Shown: in pieces, positions 1 through 14,714 of the stretch
Layout: each line of letters starts with the position of its first letter
Position numbering within the stretch: position 1 is the first letter of the stretch
Origin: Octopus vulgaris
Taxonomy: Eukaryota
Length of the DNA: 64,000 nt
Reading direction: 5' to 3'
NCBI GenBank assembly: GCA_951406725.2
Contig: OX597825.1
Span: 2,790,001-2,854,000 of the forward strand
Made by a program: the position numbers and the translations under genes
Notes under the pieces: generated by a model
Database searches by the model: none
What the model was told of the DNA's origin: nothing
What the model saw: the letters and a program-made list of their open reading frames with translations, nothing else

Positions 1-9
1 ACGACAACT

Positions 10-53
10 CGTTAGCAGTAAGCAAGCAACTTACCACATAGCCACTCCTGTGC
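10..53 (-). mobile_element. 5' head fragment of tRNA-derived SINE (family B)
   Basis: AAGCAAGCAACTTACCACATAGCCACTCCTG matches the head of the full copy at 12213-12242 (AAGCAAGCATCTTACCACACAGCCACGCC). Confidence 0.6.
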
Positions 54-3000
54 ATAGATAAATAAAAAAAAGTCAACCCTTCTCAACTTGGGGTCATGAC
101 ATCTTTAGATGACATTTTGTGAGTTATTTAATATCAGACACAATGATTTGTTCAACGATATCTACAGTAAATATTCATATTTTCATGTATTACAAATAAT
201 ATTATTCGAAACCCTGCGCTAAGTTTTGAAATGAACGTCGTTGCAGTAACCAGAATTATTTTAATGAAGACGTGGTTGTCACTGGACAATGTATTTCTTT
301 AAGTTAATTTCCCATTTAATGTCGGTGAATGATTAGGATGACACTAATTTGAAACTATAACAACAAACACAGAAATTGTTTTGTCACTTCAATGTGCAGG
401 TGCATCATCTGACAACCAATAGGCCGATGCTTACATTGAAATAAATCCACATCGGGGAAGTGTCATCCAGTATCGCTAATAAAAACCGAGAAAATTAATT
501 TAACTTCATTATCCGTTAACTGCATGGAGTAAATTCTGAGAGAAACCAAATTATTTGGTATTTTTCACTTGTACGTTATTTCTGTAGCACAGCAAATTTG
601 AAAATAGTCATATGACGTGGAAAATGGCAAAGAAAAAGAAAGAAAGAATCAATGTAACTGTAGCGCGAGATTAACACAAAACTGACGATCTTGTTTTGAT
701 AGGGTTGGAGAGAGATTACAGAAATTATGTGTTTGGAAAATCACTGGGAATCAAAAATATTAAAGGAGCATACAATGAAATAACAAAAACAAAACAAAAA
801 TACTCAAACGAAACTTAAAATATAATTTAATTCAAATAATAAAGAGAGAAATCAATTATGAAAAAAAAAAAAGATTTTTTCCAGCATGGTAGCTAATTAC
901 ACAATAACATTGTTTTAAATTACTATTTCCTTTCAAAGAAATTTCCCACTAGAACATGGGAATAATATCCAAATAAGAAACAAAACAACATATTACGCTG
1001 AGAAGCAGCAAAGCTACTTTTATTAAAAATAGTTTTCCAAAAATGTAGAACAAAATAAATGAAATAAAATATTAAAAAATCACATTTTTTTTTTCGAAAT
1101 TCCCTTTAGGAGACTTCTAGTTGCAAATTTCTACAAACATAAATGTGTGCATATGAGAATATATGCATGTGTGAATATGAATGTATATATACGTGTATAA
1201 ACACATACATAATGTGATTAAATGAAATAATTTGTTAATAATCCAATATGGCAGACATAGAATGTAAAGTAAACCAGAATAAACATAAATTTATTGCAGT
1301 AAACATATGCGTGATTAGATTGTATACAATGCTATCAATATCAAAATTGGAATTAAAATTTGATGGTAGAGTCATGTATGGTCTCTTCGAGAGAACGGTT
1401 GTTCGAACATGTGATTGATTACTAAATAATCTGTGAGGATGATGTTTCGATGCAGCCGCCATATTATATTGTAGACACAACATTCAATTTAACACTGGAC
1501 TTTTTTAATATTGACAGACTATTTTAATGTAAGGATTATTTCGTAATGTGGACAGAGGTTTTCATTGCAGACTGGACATTTTAGTGTACATAGAAAGATT
1601 TAAAATAGCGCATTGTATTGTAAACAGTAAAAGTAGTTGCTGACAGAAAAGTTTAATGATAAAAGGTTCACACTATGTGTCGGCTTACCCCAAAGGAGAT
1701 TAGCGGTTATAGACATTTCAATGAAGTTAGGTTGATATTTTATGCGTATATGGCACGTTTATGTGCACATCAAATATTTCATGGATCTAAGCTATCCCGA
1801 TGTCTGAATGATTTATTTCAAGGAACCTGTGAAATCGTTTTCCTAAAATGCCATGCTTACAATGTATGTTCTTCCAATCCGTAGAAAAATTTACATTGTA
1901 AGCAGAGCACTAAAGTATTACATAATATGTAGGAGACGCGCACTGATCGATGTCAAGAAGTGTTTTCTGGTCATCATAATGAGCTGGCTGTTTCTAATAA
2001 GTACCAAGTATATTTATGAAAAAGAGAAACATGCGGACCATCGGTAATCAATGTGAGTCAAAGAAAGGACCATCATCTGTTTTGTGTTTCGAGATGCTAG
2101 GTATGCCAGAAAAGGTCCTTAATATCTTCAACAGATTAGAGATGTTTTGGATAGTGTAATATTATGTCACCTGTATGAAGAAACGATTATGAAAAGAAAG
2201 TAGTGACACGAATGGAAATAATTCGGTTATAGCTGTTCTGTTCAATCTTTATATTCAGGCTTGCTTAATGGCTACACATTAAGAACATTGAAAGTAATAA
2301 AGCCATATGGGACGATGTAGTCCCAGATACACATTATGAGAAATAATATATGATTGTAATGTTTGAATTTTTTCAGCTCGCAAACCAACGCTAACCCGGG
2401 ATTAAATACGGACAAATGTATGAACTAGAATCCTTGAAATGCATGGCTATTTTCTTTGTTATGTGAATGTGGTAGCATGGGCGTTAACTAGTGATAATCT
2501 ATAAGTTTCGCTTTGTTGATATGATTTATTAATATGTTATATTTAGCGAAGAAGGTTGCAAGATTTGTATTTGGCGAAAATTATGTACAGGGCTGTAATA
2601 TATATATATAAAAACACACTAGATGATTTTTTTCAAAAGTTTATTCCCATTTAGATATATAAGATGTCGTAAGGACACCCACATGGTGATGATCTTTATA
2701 AATGGTAGTAAAAGAGAGGCTATTGCTATATTTCATTATAACTATACACACAGTGTTTGTTTTCTGTGTCATACAATCTGTGCAAAGGGACTGAACGCAA
2801 AAGCACAGAAATCTGAATTGTGCTATTATTTGTAATTCTTGTAGAAGTGAAGAACTAAAAATATGCATTGAAATAGGAAAATAGAGAAAAAGAAATGAAA
2901 TTAATGAATGCCTATATTTTTTCAACTGTTATTCTTCAACAATTACATGGATCGTCATTTATCCGCCTCTCTCTTTCCTCTTCACACTATTCAATGGTCG

Positions 3001-4921
3001 TTGTAACTTAGTGTTCAAATGCTCAGATTGAGATTGGCAAAATGTACTTGCTGAGTGTTATAGATGCATAATATTATAACAGTGTAAATAATGCTAAGGC
3101 ATTTCGAGCAATTTCTGCGAGGAGTGTTCTATTGTTAAATGAAGTGAACTATCTGGTATTTGAATTAGCCTGTGAGTACAGAGAAACGGGTACTCTCTAA
3201 GAAATTGTTAAATGGAAATAACGAGAGCCAATGTGACATGATTGAACATTTAAGATATTAGTACAATCCCACGAAAGGCTTCTAAACAGCTTTCATTAAC
3301 ACAGTTAGATTGTTAAAATGTGTGTCTATTCAATCTTTCGGGAATAGGGGGCGCATGGAGCGCAAGTCCCCCCAACCTCCTTTTTTTATGTGAAAGCGCT
3401 TTGAATAGCCTCCTGAAAATATTCATAAATAAAACGAACCACCGTCGTACCGTAACATTTTTGGATTGATTTGACACATTGATTTTCCATTATTGCATTT
3501 AGCTGACTTGGATAACAATGTTTAGTTGCAACCCGAGGTAAACTTTGTCTCCGCACTCACGATAAGCAATTTTAGTTGAATACCTCGCAAAGGAACGAAT
3601 TAAGGACTGTGTGATTATGCACTGAATTGCCTAAACATCCGACCTTGTTGCGTAACATAGTTCTGGCCTAAATTATAATTAAAATAGATATCACTACATA
3701 TTTAATGTAGTGAGTATTAGAAACAAATAAGTAGTAGCATGAAAATAGAATTAATTAAGGATTGCATATTTAATTCTGGTTCCATTTAAGAGCCTAGGCA
3801 TTTATATAAATCTATCAATCTGATAACATACATGCATTAATTATGTAAAGTTAAATATCCATGATTTGAATATTTCAAAGTTCATATTGATTTCCATGGG
3901 TATGGCATATCGTTGTATTGAATATATTAAATACTTCTCGAGCAGTTTTACACTAAATATTCCGAAACAAAAACACATGATAGGCAATATTAAAGACAAC
4001 GGAAATTTGGAAGATAACCTATCCCCCCCAATCATAGCATATATGATTAAACAGCTCTAAAATAAACTGTTTTCTGTTCGTGTGTATTTAACAAGTTTTC
4101 AGTAATCGCGTATGCGACACTACATTACAAAATATTTTCATTTTCAAAACCTTAGCGTATGATGTGATGAATGTTTTGCCGCTGTTTTTCGCACTCCGAA
4201 CCAACACATGTTCTATTTACAGGACTCGCTTACATAATTCATCTTTAGGTGTGGTGGGAGGCAGGGTGGCTACCGCCTTTACAGCAGCTCCGAAATTGCT
4301 GGAAGGAAAAGAAGAAGTAATCCTCAAATTCGAGGCTTGGCTCGAATCTTTGCTGTAGGGTAGAGGTTGAAAAATCAACTGAGGCCTGATGGATGAGTGT
4401 TACACTAGGCATTAGATTATGTCTATCACCCTCTTCGGTAATAGCGAAAATTCGAAATTAAAGTATTATAAATAGGAGACTGGCTGAAATAATGCTGTAA
4501 TATAATATAATATAATCGCAATATGCTACATCGAGTATTTGTAGTTGATATTGTTGAAACTATACGTTTTACAAATGATATGAAAGGAAAAATCAAGGTG
4601 GGTGTATCTTGTTGTGCTCAAGTGACGTAAGTTAATTCAAACCATGCCTAGTTAATATTACAGGATATTGGAATCAGCACAATTTATCGGTTTTTGGATT
4701 AAATATATAACATTCAGAAAGTGTCGTTTCATTTTTTGTGTGACATTTTTTCATTTGAAATACCAGTCAATAAAAATTCCATTTGAGATGAAAGCTTATA
4801 CGCAAAATATTCAATATTAAAAGCATGTTTGGAACTTTAATAATTGCTTTCTATTAGTAAACGTTATATAGTCCAAACTAATTACCAGGTAGCTTTATCA
4901 AATTATATATAACCATATGCA

Positions 4922-4957
<36 letters not shown>

Positions 4958-5639
4958 AACACACAGGCACTAATATATATGTACGTATGCAAATATACAT
5001 ATAGAGATATATGTGTATTTGTGTATGTGTGTATATTGTGATTCATAGTAAATACTTTTCACGCAATCACACTTTTAATAATTAAAAAAAAAATAAAAGT
5101 TTCATACTTATAAGTAGGAATCAGGCTGAAATATTGGTGTAAAACGTCTACGTAAGGTGACCTCCAAGTATATGGCATTTCAAACGCCCACGAGAGCGTT
5201 TTCGTTATTCGATATACAAATCTTTTTTCAATCTCTTATTGCCTCGGTTGATACCGTACCAAGGTTTAACTCCAATCGTCTCTCACGCAGGCCATCCAAA
5301 CAGACAAAATTCTAAGTTTAACAATGAACCAATCTCAAAGTTTATCTAATATAATAAGCATAACTGTTGTAAGTTTTCCTAGCCTATATGAAATATAATA
5401 ATATATTAATAGCTAGATAAGTAAATACGGGAATGTAGAACTTGTATGTTTATTTTATTCGTTCTTAATCTTCAGACATCATCAGAAGTTCAAACACGAA
5501 ATTGAATTCTTTTTGACTATTGTAATTGTAGTACTTCATTGGATTCTACTCTACATGACCTATCATTTACTTTGTAGTCTCGTCAGGTTCTATTTTAAGA
5601 CTATCATGTACTTTATGGTAGAACATTTGAAAGTTTGAG

Positions 5640-5776
5640 GGAGGGGGCCTTATTGATTACAATGATTTCAGTGTTCGTTGGCTCCCGAAAAAGTCAAACT
5701 CGACCCCGGCGTGTTTTGTACTCAGTTACTCAGTTACTGTCCGGCGTGCTAACGCTCCCAACATCCTCGTTACCTG
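5640..5776 (-). mobile_element. Degenerate SINE family A remnant
   Basis: GTCAAACTCGACCCCGGCG and CCGGCGTGCTAACG match the reverse complement of the copy at 19121-19336. Confidence 0.5.
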
Positions 5777-8312
5777 CCTCAGATGATTGGTATATAAGTA
5801 AGGAGAATTATTTAAAACTGTCGAGACTTTGTACTATTATAGTGGCACCTTGTTGGGAAGGGGGTGGGTCAGTCATTTTTATAATATAAATGTAGTTTCT
5901 CAATCTATGCATGTTAAAAATGTTATAATGTTGGTATGCGTTATATATTCCATAGATCACAATTATTGCACTACATACCTGATCCACTGTATTCAGTGAT
6001 TTTTTTGCAATATTTCGCATATGTGGTTTCCCAAATGATGACGTTTCATCTAATTTTCGATATTTCAATCCAGATGTTATCAGTTTGTGTTGTTACATTA
6101 TTTTGCTTTATAATAAGATCTCTTTGCAATTATAACCATAACGCATCCATCAGCGAAGTACTTGGATCATTCATCATGTTAAGCAATTGAAAATTACGAT
6201 AACCAGCTTCATAAAAGAGTAATCGTCTCTACTTCCCACAGATATCTAGAAATATTACCATTTCTTACTACAACAAAGGAGCCTCTATGCTGTCGTTCAG
6301 TCTAGTAGAAGTATCAGCTTTGTTTGGCTTTAATGCATACGGTTTTGTCTTCAGTAGAGCTGGAGAACATGTGGATAAATTCACATGTATATTGAACACT
6401 AGGAAAACACTATCAGTTTAAAATGTGAAAGCCTTTCGTCATAGTTTTGCATAAATAAAACCGTCATATGACCAAACAACAGGACAACTGCATTAAAAAA
6501 CCAACAGAGTAAACGAAAGTCAACAGGAAGCTAGTAATTGGGAGTTAAACCTACAATAAATATCAGGCAAATCTTCATTTAAATTAAACGGTTCTGAGTA
6601 AATATAAGAAATATTATGTAATGTATTATGTAAATATATTACGTGTATTATATGCCACTCAGTTGCACAGATCTTAAATCTGTTTGATAACAGATCTATC
6701 GTATAAATATTATGTCGTTAATAAAGAGAAACGTATAATATTCAATTAGTATGCCAGTCGTTAGTAGAGATTTAAAGTAATTAATGCTAAAACAGCTCTA
6801 TGCATGATGATCAATCAGAATTATGTTCCCCCACAAATATAATCGCTTCGTGTAACAGAGTATTCGAAGGTAATGAAGATTCATTACAAAGAAAATTCGT
6901 CTTTAGTTGCCACTCAAACGTGACCTTTACAGCATCGGGCAAAAAGTATTGCGTATTTACAGCTGCACCTTGCGTTCAAAGTTCAAATTGCGGTGAGATC
7001 AAGTTTGTCTTTCCAAATCATAAGACGATAGGTTAAGATACATTTCAAGAGTGAGGAAATGTAGAAAAGCTTACAACTTAAAACAAGCGAATACTTTAAC
7101 GTTGCTGGGGAGGATTTGATGGATAACCATTTACTATGTTCAGCAGGTTGATTGAATTGGCATTGATGCATCACGGTCTGATGTGCATATCGTGCACGGG
7201 AGCCTACATAAAACCTAGTTATGTTAATGATATAGCATTATTGTAATTTGGTTGAATGTAGGAGTGACACATTCTAGCCTTGGAGGTTACACTCTTGATA
7301 GCAGAACGATGCCGAATTTTATTCATTTTCAAGTGAATTCAGTACTAGTTACATTTAAAGTCTGCCTTGAACAGTCAGGTATTAGTTTACCTGGAAATAA
7401 ACATAGCGGTTTTTAATATTAAGAGTTGAATTTAATGTAACCGAAATTTTACAGGTCTCGCATCATTCCTTCATAGTCAGCCTATTAACCATATTAGCCC
7501 ACCATCGTATTCCAGTACTAAACACCACTACGTTTTTGGAAGCAGCATAGTCTACTTCAAATATCATCCATATTCAATGTTGGTCCCATTGAAGACGGTT
7601 GGCAATGTGTTCATGACCATTAACAAGTTCAGCGGATCAGAGTCGCCTTATTTTTTTGTTAGTTATTTATACGTCACTAATCATACTCTGCTCCATACTC
7701 TTCTTTGTAGATGTGTGAGAGTTCCGATTGTCTTTTCTTTTCTCTCCTCACAGTTGTGGATGAAACACATACTTTCAAATATTTTTACACATTTTCTACG
7801 AATACGAACAAGTCAAAACCAGTAAAAGACGGAGGAAGAGCGGTCGATTCTTCCGAGGAGAATAGCATGACGCGTTGATGCATTTTTAAAAAAGAAACTG
7901 TTTCAAATCTCTGACAATATTATCGAGTGCCTTCTAAAATATATCATGTTTATATTTTGCTGAACGTCAGAAATAAAAGGTAAAGTTATTATCACACCTC
8001 CATTTCACGGTTTCTGCCTAAGCATGACACTGATGTTCATTGGTTATATAAAAGAAGCTTCCAAACTTTACATGTCAGCACTGAGATTGTCGAAACCGAA
8101 ACAACAGGCCGTGCTGTCAGAACACGCTAAAACTAATTACTTACATCTACGAGAGGCTGTTCCTGACATTTGTGTGTGCGATTTTATAAAATGCGCGTCC
8201 AGTAATTTCTTCAACTGAATTCACTATTCATTGAATTATCATATAATTCGGTATTCTATAAAACGTGTGCCTTTCAGCTAAACTCGGGTCATGTCGACGT
8301 GACCCGTCCTCT

Positions 8313-8320
8313 TAATAATA

Positions 8321-8391
<71 letters not shown>

Positions 8392-8509
8392 CCATAATAA
8401 TGATGATAATAATAATAATAATAATAATACCCATAATAATGATGATAATAATAATAATAATAATAATACCAATAATAATAATAATAATAATAATAACAAT
8501 AATAATAAC

Positions 8510-8559
<50 letters not shown>

Positions 8560-8666
8560 CAATAATAATGATGATGATAATAATAATAATAATAATAATA
8601 AAAATAAAACTACTGAATAATAATAATAATAATAATAATGAGAATAATAATAATAATGAGAATAAT
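8313..8666. repeat. Long (TAA)n microsatellite with CCCATAA/GATGAT/GAGAAT variant blocks
   Basis: Read directly; explains the poly-I and poly-L ORFs at 8278-8698. Confidence 0.97.
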
Positions 8667-9613
8667 TGATATGTACAATTTATCATCTCTGAGCGCAATC
8701 ACGTCACGTCATTTTCCAGAAACTGACAGTTTGTATCATGTCACGCGCCTATAAATTACGAGAGTATTCACATTGATGTTATCTCTCAATAGATAATTTT
8801 TGTTATACCTAGAAAGGTAGAAATGACGCGCGTACCTTCTAAATACTACTATATATGAATGCTATTATATATATATATATATATGTAATATCTATGTGTG
8901 TGCATGCGAATGTGTGCGCGTCACATGTTATGTATACATATTTACATATTTAAACGTATGGAAATATGTACGTATAGTTATGTTTCTGTCTATTTGTGTG
9001 AGTCTGACTTACAGATATTTATTGTATTATGTTAAAACCGAAATATCACGTCTAATGCATAGTAAATGTTACGATGATTACATCTTCACTTACGGTAAAT
9101 AATCCCCATATGAATACCAATATTTAAGTCATTCCATGTAGAAAGATAACCCCATAAAATCCCTAACATCTGTGCAAATGAAATTCTATATTCAACGTGG
9201 AAATTTAGACTTACATCGAAGAATTAAAAACTGTAGATTTCTAACTGAAATTTACATTAAAATTTTAACATGTCCTGTTGCTTACAGGCTTAATAATTAT
9301 CTAATTATGCAGTCATTGGCCGAATTAGCGTCGTTATAATGGTTTTTATATTTGACCTAACAACCAATAGATATGAATTCGTTATGGAAGCAGAATAATG
9401 AGGTTGGATATTGCCTTCTCAGTGTTCAACAAACCATTGAAACATTAAGGGGTTTCTACTTTACTCTGTCTATATTGTGAATAAAGCTGTGAAATTTTCA
9501 CTGTAATGTATTGCAAATCTGTAATTTAAACAATTTACATGAATATCATACTATAACACAGACACACGCACACACACATACGCACATTTATATACATGCA
9601 TACATTCATACCT

Positions 9614-10100
9614 ATACAGGTTATGTAAAATTTTACCTTCCTCAAATTAACCATAAATCAATGTATTTGATTGTCAGAATTGTCTGTGTCACAGGCATAT
9701 TTATGGCATCGGTAGCGAATTGTATTGGTCACGTTTGCACTGGAAATGTGTTGTTTTACACGAAAATTTCAGTCTGGTCTTCCCATGAAAGATAAGTTCA
9801 CGATTGAAGATAGTCAATGCGTTTATACGATCCTTTATCGACAATGGTTGATTTTTGCTTACACAGAAGATCCTGTCTGCGTATGTATGAGAATGCATTT
9901 GTGGCAGTAGGCGCGTGTGTAAACCTTTCCGTTATCGGTTGATCCAAGAGTGCAACAGGGAGAATGTTTAAAGAAGGGAAGAAGGGAAGAATCTGCTTCA
10001 TTGCATTTGAGAAACTGAAGAGGAATATCTTTAAGTCACGTGTCGCATTTTTGACGTTGTGCCGCAACTGATGCAAAGGAAATTTTGGTGCAAAACAGAA
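9614..10100 (+). pseudogene. Degenerate Tc1/mariner-superfamily transposase N-terminus (DUF4817/HTH type)
   Basis: Starts TATACAGG (TIR-like). Frameshifted translation MKDKFTIED / AFIRSFIDNG*FLLTQKIL / YRLIQE / ATGRMFKEGKKGR resembles the N-terminal HTH plus TGS..GRP motif. Many stops. Confidence 0.4.
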
Positions 10101-11772
10101 AGAAAACGATCAAACAATAAGCTACACGAATCAGAATATTTACCTTGAGGTGTTCTTTAACACTTCACTGATTTTCTTAGATTTGTTGTTTCCTCAGTTG
10201 GTTTTAAGCAGTTTAAGATGGTATGTGTTTAAGAAAAGAAAAACAAAAAGATGTTTGATATTGTGAATTGCCACACCTAGACAGGAAATCTTACATAGAA
10301 AGAAATGTTCGATAAATTTCTCGATTATTCTTTCATAAATAAACATTACGTATTGAGGCAAACCTAATTTTATATGCTGTTGGATCCCAGAAGATATTTA
10401 AATTATATATAGAAATTTAATGTTAAAAAGTGATAAAAACTAAAAGAAAAGCATATTTTGTATTTGCTTCCAAATTATTGATTTTTTGTTTCCAATGCAG
10501 AGATGTTTTCAATGAAAAAGTGGTATAAAACGTATCCAATGAAAGACGACTAGAGACGAGAGTAGTGGTATTAATTTATAAGTAGATGACTAGTTTAACA
10601 TCATCTCTCTCTCCTTGGAATAATAACAAATGCATCGCTAGTGATGATGTCTTTGAGAAAGATTTTTCCGATTTTCAGTTCTGTTAGTAGTTCCATTTAT
10701 TCTTCAATCTCACTTTTGAGTGACCCGTTCCCCGGTGATTTATTTAGATTAAATACACTATACTAATACATGTCTTCATGATAAGGTTTTTACGTTTAAT
10801 ATATTTGTTTTCCTTTCAATTTTTACACAATCTTTGAAGTTATCATCAAGTGAATTTACCGCTTTATCGTATACATTTGCAACTAATAGCATAGCAAATA
10901 TCAACTAGATGCTTGGATGATGGTCCCTTTTGGTTGCAGCAGACAACAAAACGTTACTGCCACGGCCACCACTAAAAAAATCAATATTATCATTAAAGGC
11001 GATAACACCAATAACAAACACATCATCACATTTTATCCATTTTTTAAATTCTATTCATTCAGAACTTTTTCTCATGTGTCTACTCTATCTCATTACACTC
11101 TCATGTCATGCAGGTTTTCTATAAAATAAACAGATATTATTTCCGATCTGTGCCCAATTCATAACTTCAGACTCCATTACACTTGCATTAACAAGAAAAC
11201 TAATACTTAGTGGTTTAATGAGTTTTCGGTGAATATTTTGAAAACGCAGTTTGGAAACGGTGTTTCTTTTTTTCTTTTTTGCAGAATTCATTTTCTGAAC
11301 AACTAATAACACAGATTAATAGAAATTGCATTCATTTATGTACATCTACATACATTATGTTGGAGAACGTGAATATATTCTGAGAGAACTGGACTCTTTT
11401 TCAGTGTTAATTTTGGATTTCAATAGTTTCTGATCGTCTATAAAATATAATTACATCTCACATACAAATACTGCGCAAATATCCGTGGATAATATATTAT
11501 ATGAATACAACAATGCGCTGTAATTGATACGTTAATGTCCAGTGACCACCATGATAAAACCAGAAAGCAGACTACCAACAAGTTAGCATCTACGTCCGAA
11601 ACATCACAGTGTGGCTGTTCTGCGCTGTAGTCAAGTGAAGTGGATGGCATTGGATAATATAGTCAAAGTTTCAATATTTGAAATAGTAACTCCCCAGAAT
11701 TTGAATTTTGGGGAGGTTGTTTCTCTCCATACGATTCATTTTCGGAATTATCTTGCATGAGACATTCTATAT

Positions 11773-11987
11773 ATTCTTTTATTATTTCATTTGCTTCATT
11801 CATTTTGACTTCGGCCATGCTGGAACACCGCCTTTAGTCGAGGAAATCGATTCCATGACTTCTTCTTTGTAAGCCTAGTACTTATTCTATCGGCCTCTTT
11901 TGCGGAACCGCTAAGTTACCGGGACATAAACCGACCAGCATCGGTTGTCAAGCTATGGTGGAGGGACCAACACAGACAGCCAAATAC

Positions 11988-12085
<98 letters not shown>

Positions 12086-12242
12086 GATGGGCTTCTATTC
12101 AGTTCCCGTCTACCAAATCCAGGCAGAAGTTTCTGGTCCATCCGAGGCTAGAGTAGATGACACTTGCCCAAGATGCCACGCAATGGGACTGAACCCGGAA
12201 CCATGTGGTGGGAAGCAAGCATCTTACCACACAGCCACGCCT
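11773..12242 (-). mobile_element. Full-length tRNA-derived SINE (family B) with internal (TA)n(TG)n tract
   Basis: Minus-strand A box TGGCTGTGTGG (12227-12237) and B box GGTTCAGTCCC (12185-12195), then CORE-like CATCTTGGGCAAGTGTC, microsatellite 11985-12083, and 3' end GGCGGTGTTCCAGCATGGCCG...AAAAGAATA. Related copies at 49648-50050, 25960-26008 and 10-53. Confidence 0.85.
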
Positions 12243-14714
12243 AAGTTACATTTTGTTGAAGTAGTACAACATCTCTGTTCAAGCAAATGTACTATAAACA
12301 TCATCGAATACACGTTTTCCCTTCATTCATATTTACGATTCCAAAAAGAGAATCTAACAAAGCCGCTCTGATTCGTTTGAGGGTCAGGTACTTTTTTGAT
12401 GGGTAACTCGACCGTAGTACACCATTATTTTATCCAAATATTTCATTGGGTTTCATTCTGGTGACAACCACTTTTTTTCCAGTAAATCATTGTCATTGGC
12501 GTTTGACATTGTAATATTTTTTTGTCAGGTGCTGATTATTTTATTCGCTTGGTTGATCGTACATCGTTCTCGGTGGCAAACCGTGTAGCCATTAAAATTA
12601 TCTAGACTAACATTAGATGAAAATTCTGTAACTATTTCTATGCTAAGGAAGTACAGGTTCAAAATAGTTATCAGAATATAACCGTTTATTCAATAGAAAA
12701 CAATGAACGAGGAAGACAGAATCATTTACTAAATTAATATATTTCCATGTTTAGCTCAAATGATATTCGATATTTATGTCCTCTTCGTTGAAAAGATGCA
12801 CCACTTAATATTACAATTCACTGCTACATATTGTAGATAACAAAGAAAATACAGGGAATCAGATCCGAATACTGCAGGTAGAAACGTGAGTAAATCTGCT
12901 TATATTGAAGATCTGTTGTCCGAAAGTTGTTAGGGCTCACAGAATAGACTTGCGATGCAAGGAAGATGTAAACTTTGGTTTCACTAAACAACTGACAAAG
13001 GAATCATTATCATAATTTGATAATATACCAGTTGCATCATTTTCAAGAAGATTTTTTTTGTTTTTGCGTAGAAGTTACAGAAGAAGTTACAGAAGACAGA
13101 GGTATACAACAACGGGGTCAATGTTAACGGCCTGTATTATTTAAAAAGTTACATATTACTTTACATTTGATAATAATATCAGGAATTTGCGCAGACAATA
13201 TTGCACTAATGAATTGAAGATATGAAATTACATATCATCGCAAACTATTCTCTCCCTTGGGAGAGAACAGAAAAAAGCGAAAGCCTCCTCTTAGTTGTTC
13301 AGAAGCATCTATCATTTTGACAAAAGTTTTATATCTCAACGACATAAAAAAGAGTTTCAGGAATACGTCTTGCGGTAGATGAATTCTTTTGAAGTAATAC
13401 AGTTTTGAACCTCTATTTTTATACACTTCATTTTACATAAACTTAGATTCCGCTGGTAGTAATATATGTTATAATTCTTTGTCTTTATTTCAATACCTAA
13501 AATAATGGCATTGTCTATATCCTTACAAAATTGTTGCCTTCCATTCATGTTTCAGGAAGGAAATTTCCATTACAGTATTTTGTAAAGGAAGTTAATATAT
13601 CTTTGCTCTGACCTTTTAAAACAAATCAACGATATTTTATCCCCTGCCCGTTAGGAATGGAAGTGAGTCTGAAGAGACTTGAGCTATTATATTATGTCTA
13701 TAAACACTGTTACTAAATGTCTATATTTTTGTTTTACATTGTCAACAATGCAGGAAAGAAGAAAACATGTTTGTATAATACAAACGTTTCGAACAGTAGA
13801 CCAGGTGTTGAAAGTAGACTAATAAAGATGGCATATATACGCGAGCGGCATACTGACTCGAACACAGAGCTACATATATTCACACACACAGGTCATGGAC
13901 AGTAACATATTTATTCATATCAAAAACCTACAGGGATGCATATAGAAAGCTACATAAAGACACACAGACAAGAGCGAAAGCAGAGACGCATTTGTATACA
14001 AGAATGATGCACATACACATTTACAAAGCCATACATACACGTGATGGAAACACAAAAGTAAATGTTGAAACAGGCAATTGCATCCGTCATGCTGATAGTT
14101 ACGTTGGTATTTATACACTCATATACGACCATATGCAGGCAATAAGACACAAGCACACAGACAAACACAGACACACGCACACACAAGCAGGTACGCACAC
14201 GCACATATTTTCATACATGTATACAACTGTTCTTATATATTTTTATACGCACATACATACTGTTGGTATTGACACTATAGTTACATAAATATACTTACAC
14301 CTTTCAATGGACACTGTATCGACTGTATCGACGAAATGGCAAGAAATATTGCCAAGTAATTTGTGAAGAATATTAGATAAAATATTCGGAGTTGCAATGA
14401 CACACGTAAAGATTTTAGTGGGATGGTGGCGGTGGTGGTGGTGGTGGTGGTTATGGTTTCTGGTGATATTCACGCTGGTTTAGTAGTGTTGATTCTGTGG
14501 AGATACCAGTAAGGAGGTAATAGGTAGTGATGGTGATTGTAATGGTATTGGAGACGGCCATATTGGTTCTGATGGACTTTGTGGCGGTGGCTTTGTTCAT
14601 GACTGGAATGGCTGGAGTGCTGGTGATTGGAATTAGAATGGAGGAAGTAGTCTCCATTGCAAGTGTATGTGGCAGTTATGGTGTTTAGTATGGTTGCTGT
14701 AGCGAAGGGACTAG

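Noticed and set aside
2366-2423. Possible 41-nt micro-exon (TTTTTTCAG ... GTATGA); similar isolated splice-like sites at ~36284 and ~56716
   Set aside because: No recognisable protein and no partner exons; such sites are frequent by chance. RNA-seq would be needed.
8699-8756. Promoter (tandem CACGTCA plus TATAAA)
   Set aside because: Short motifs only, with no downstream gene evidence.
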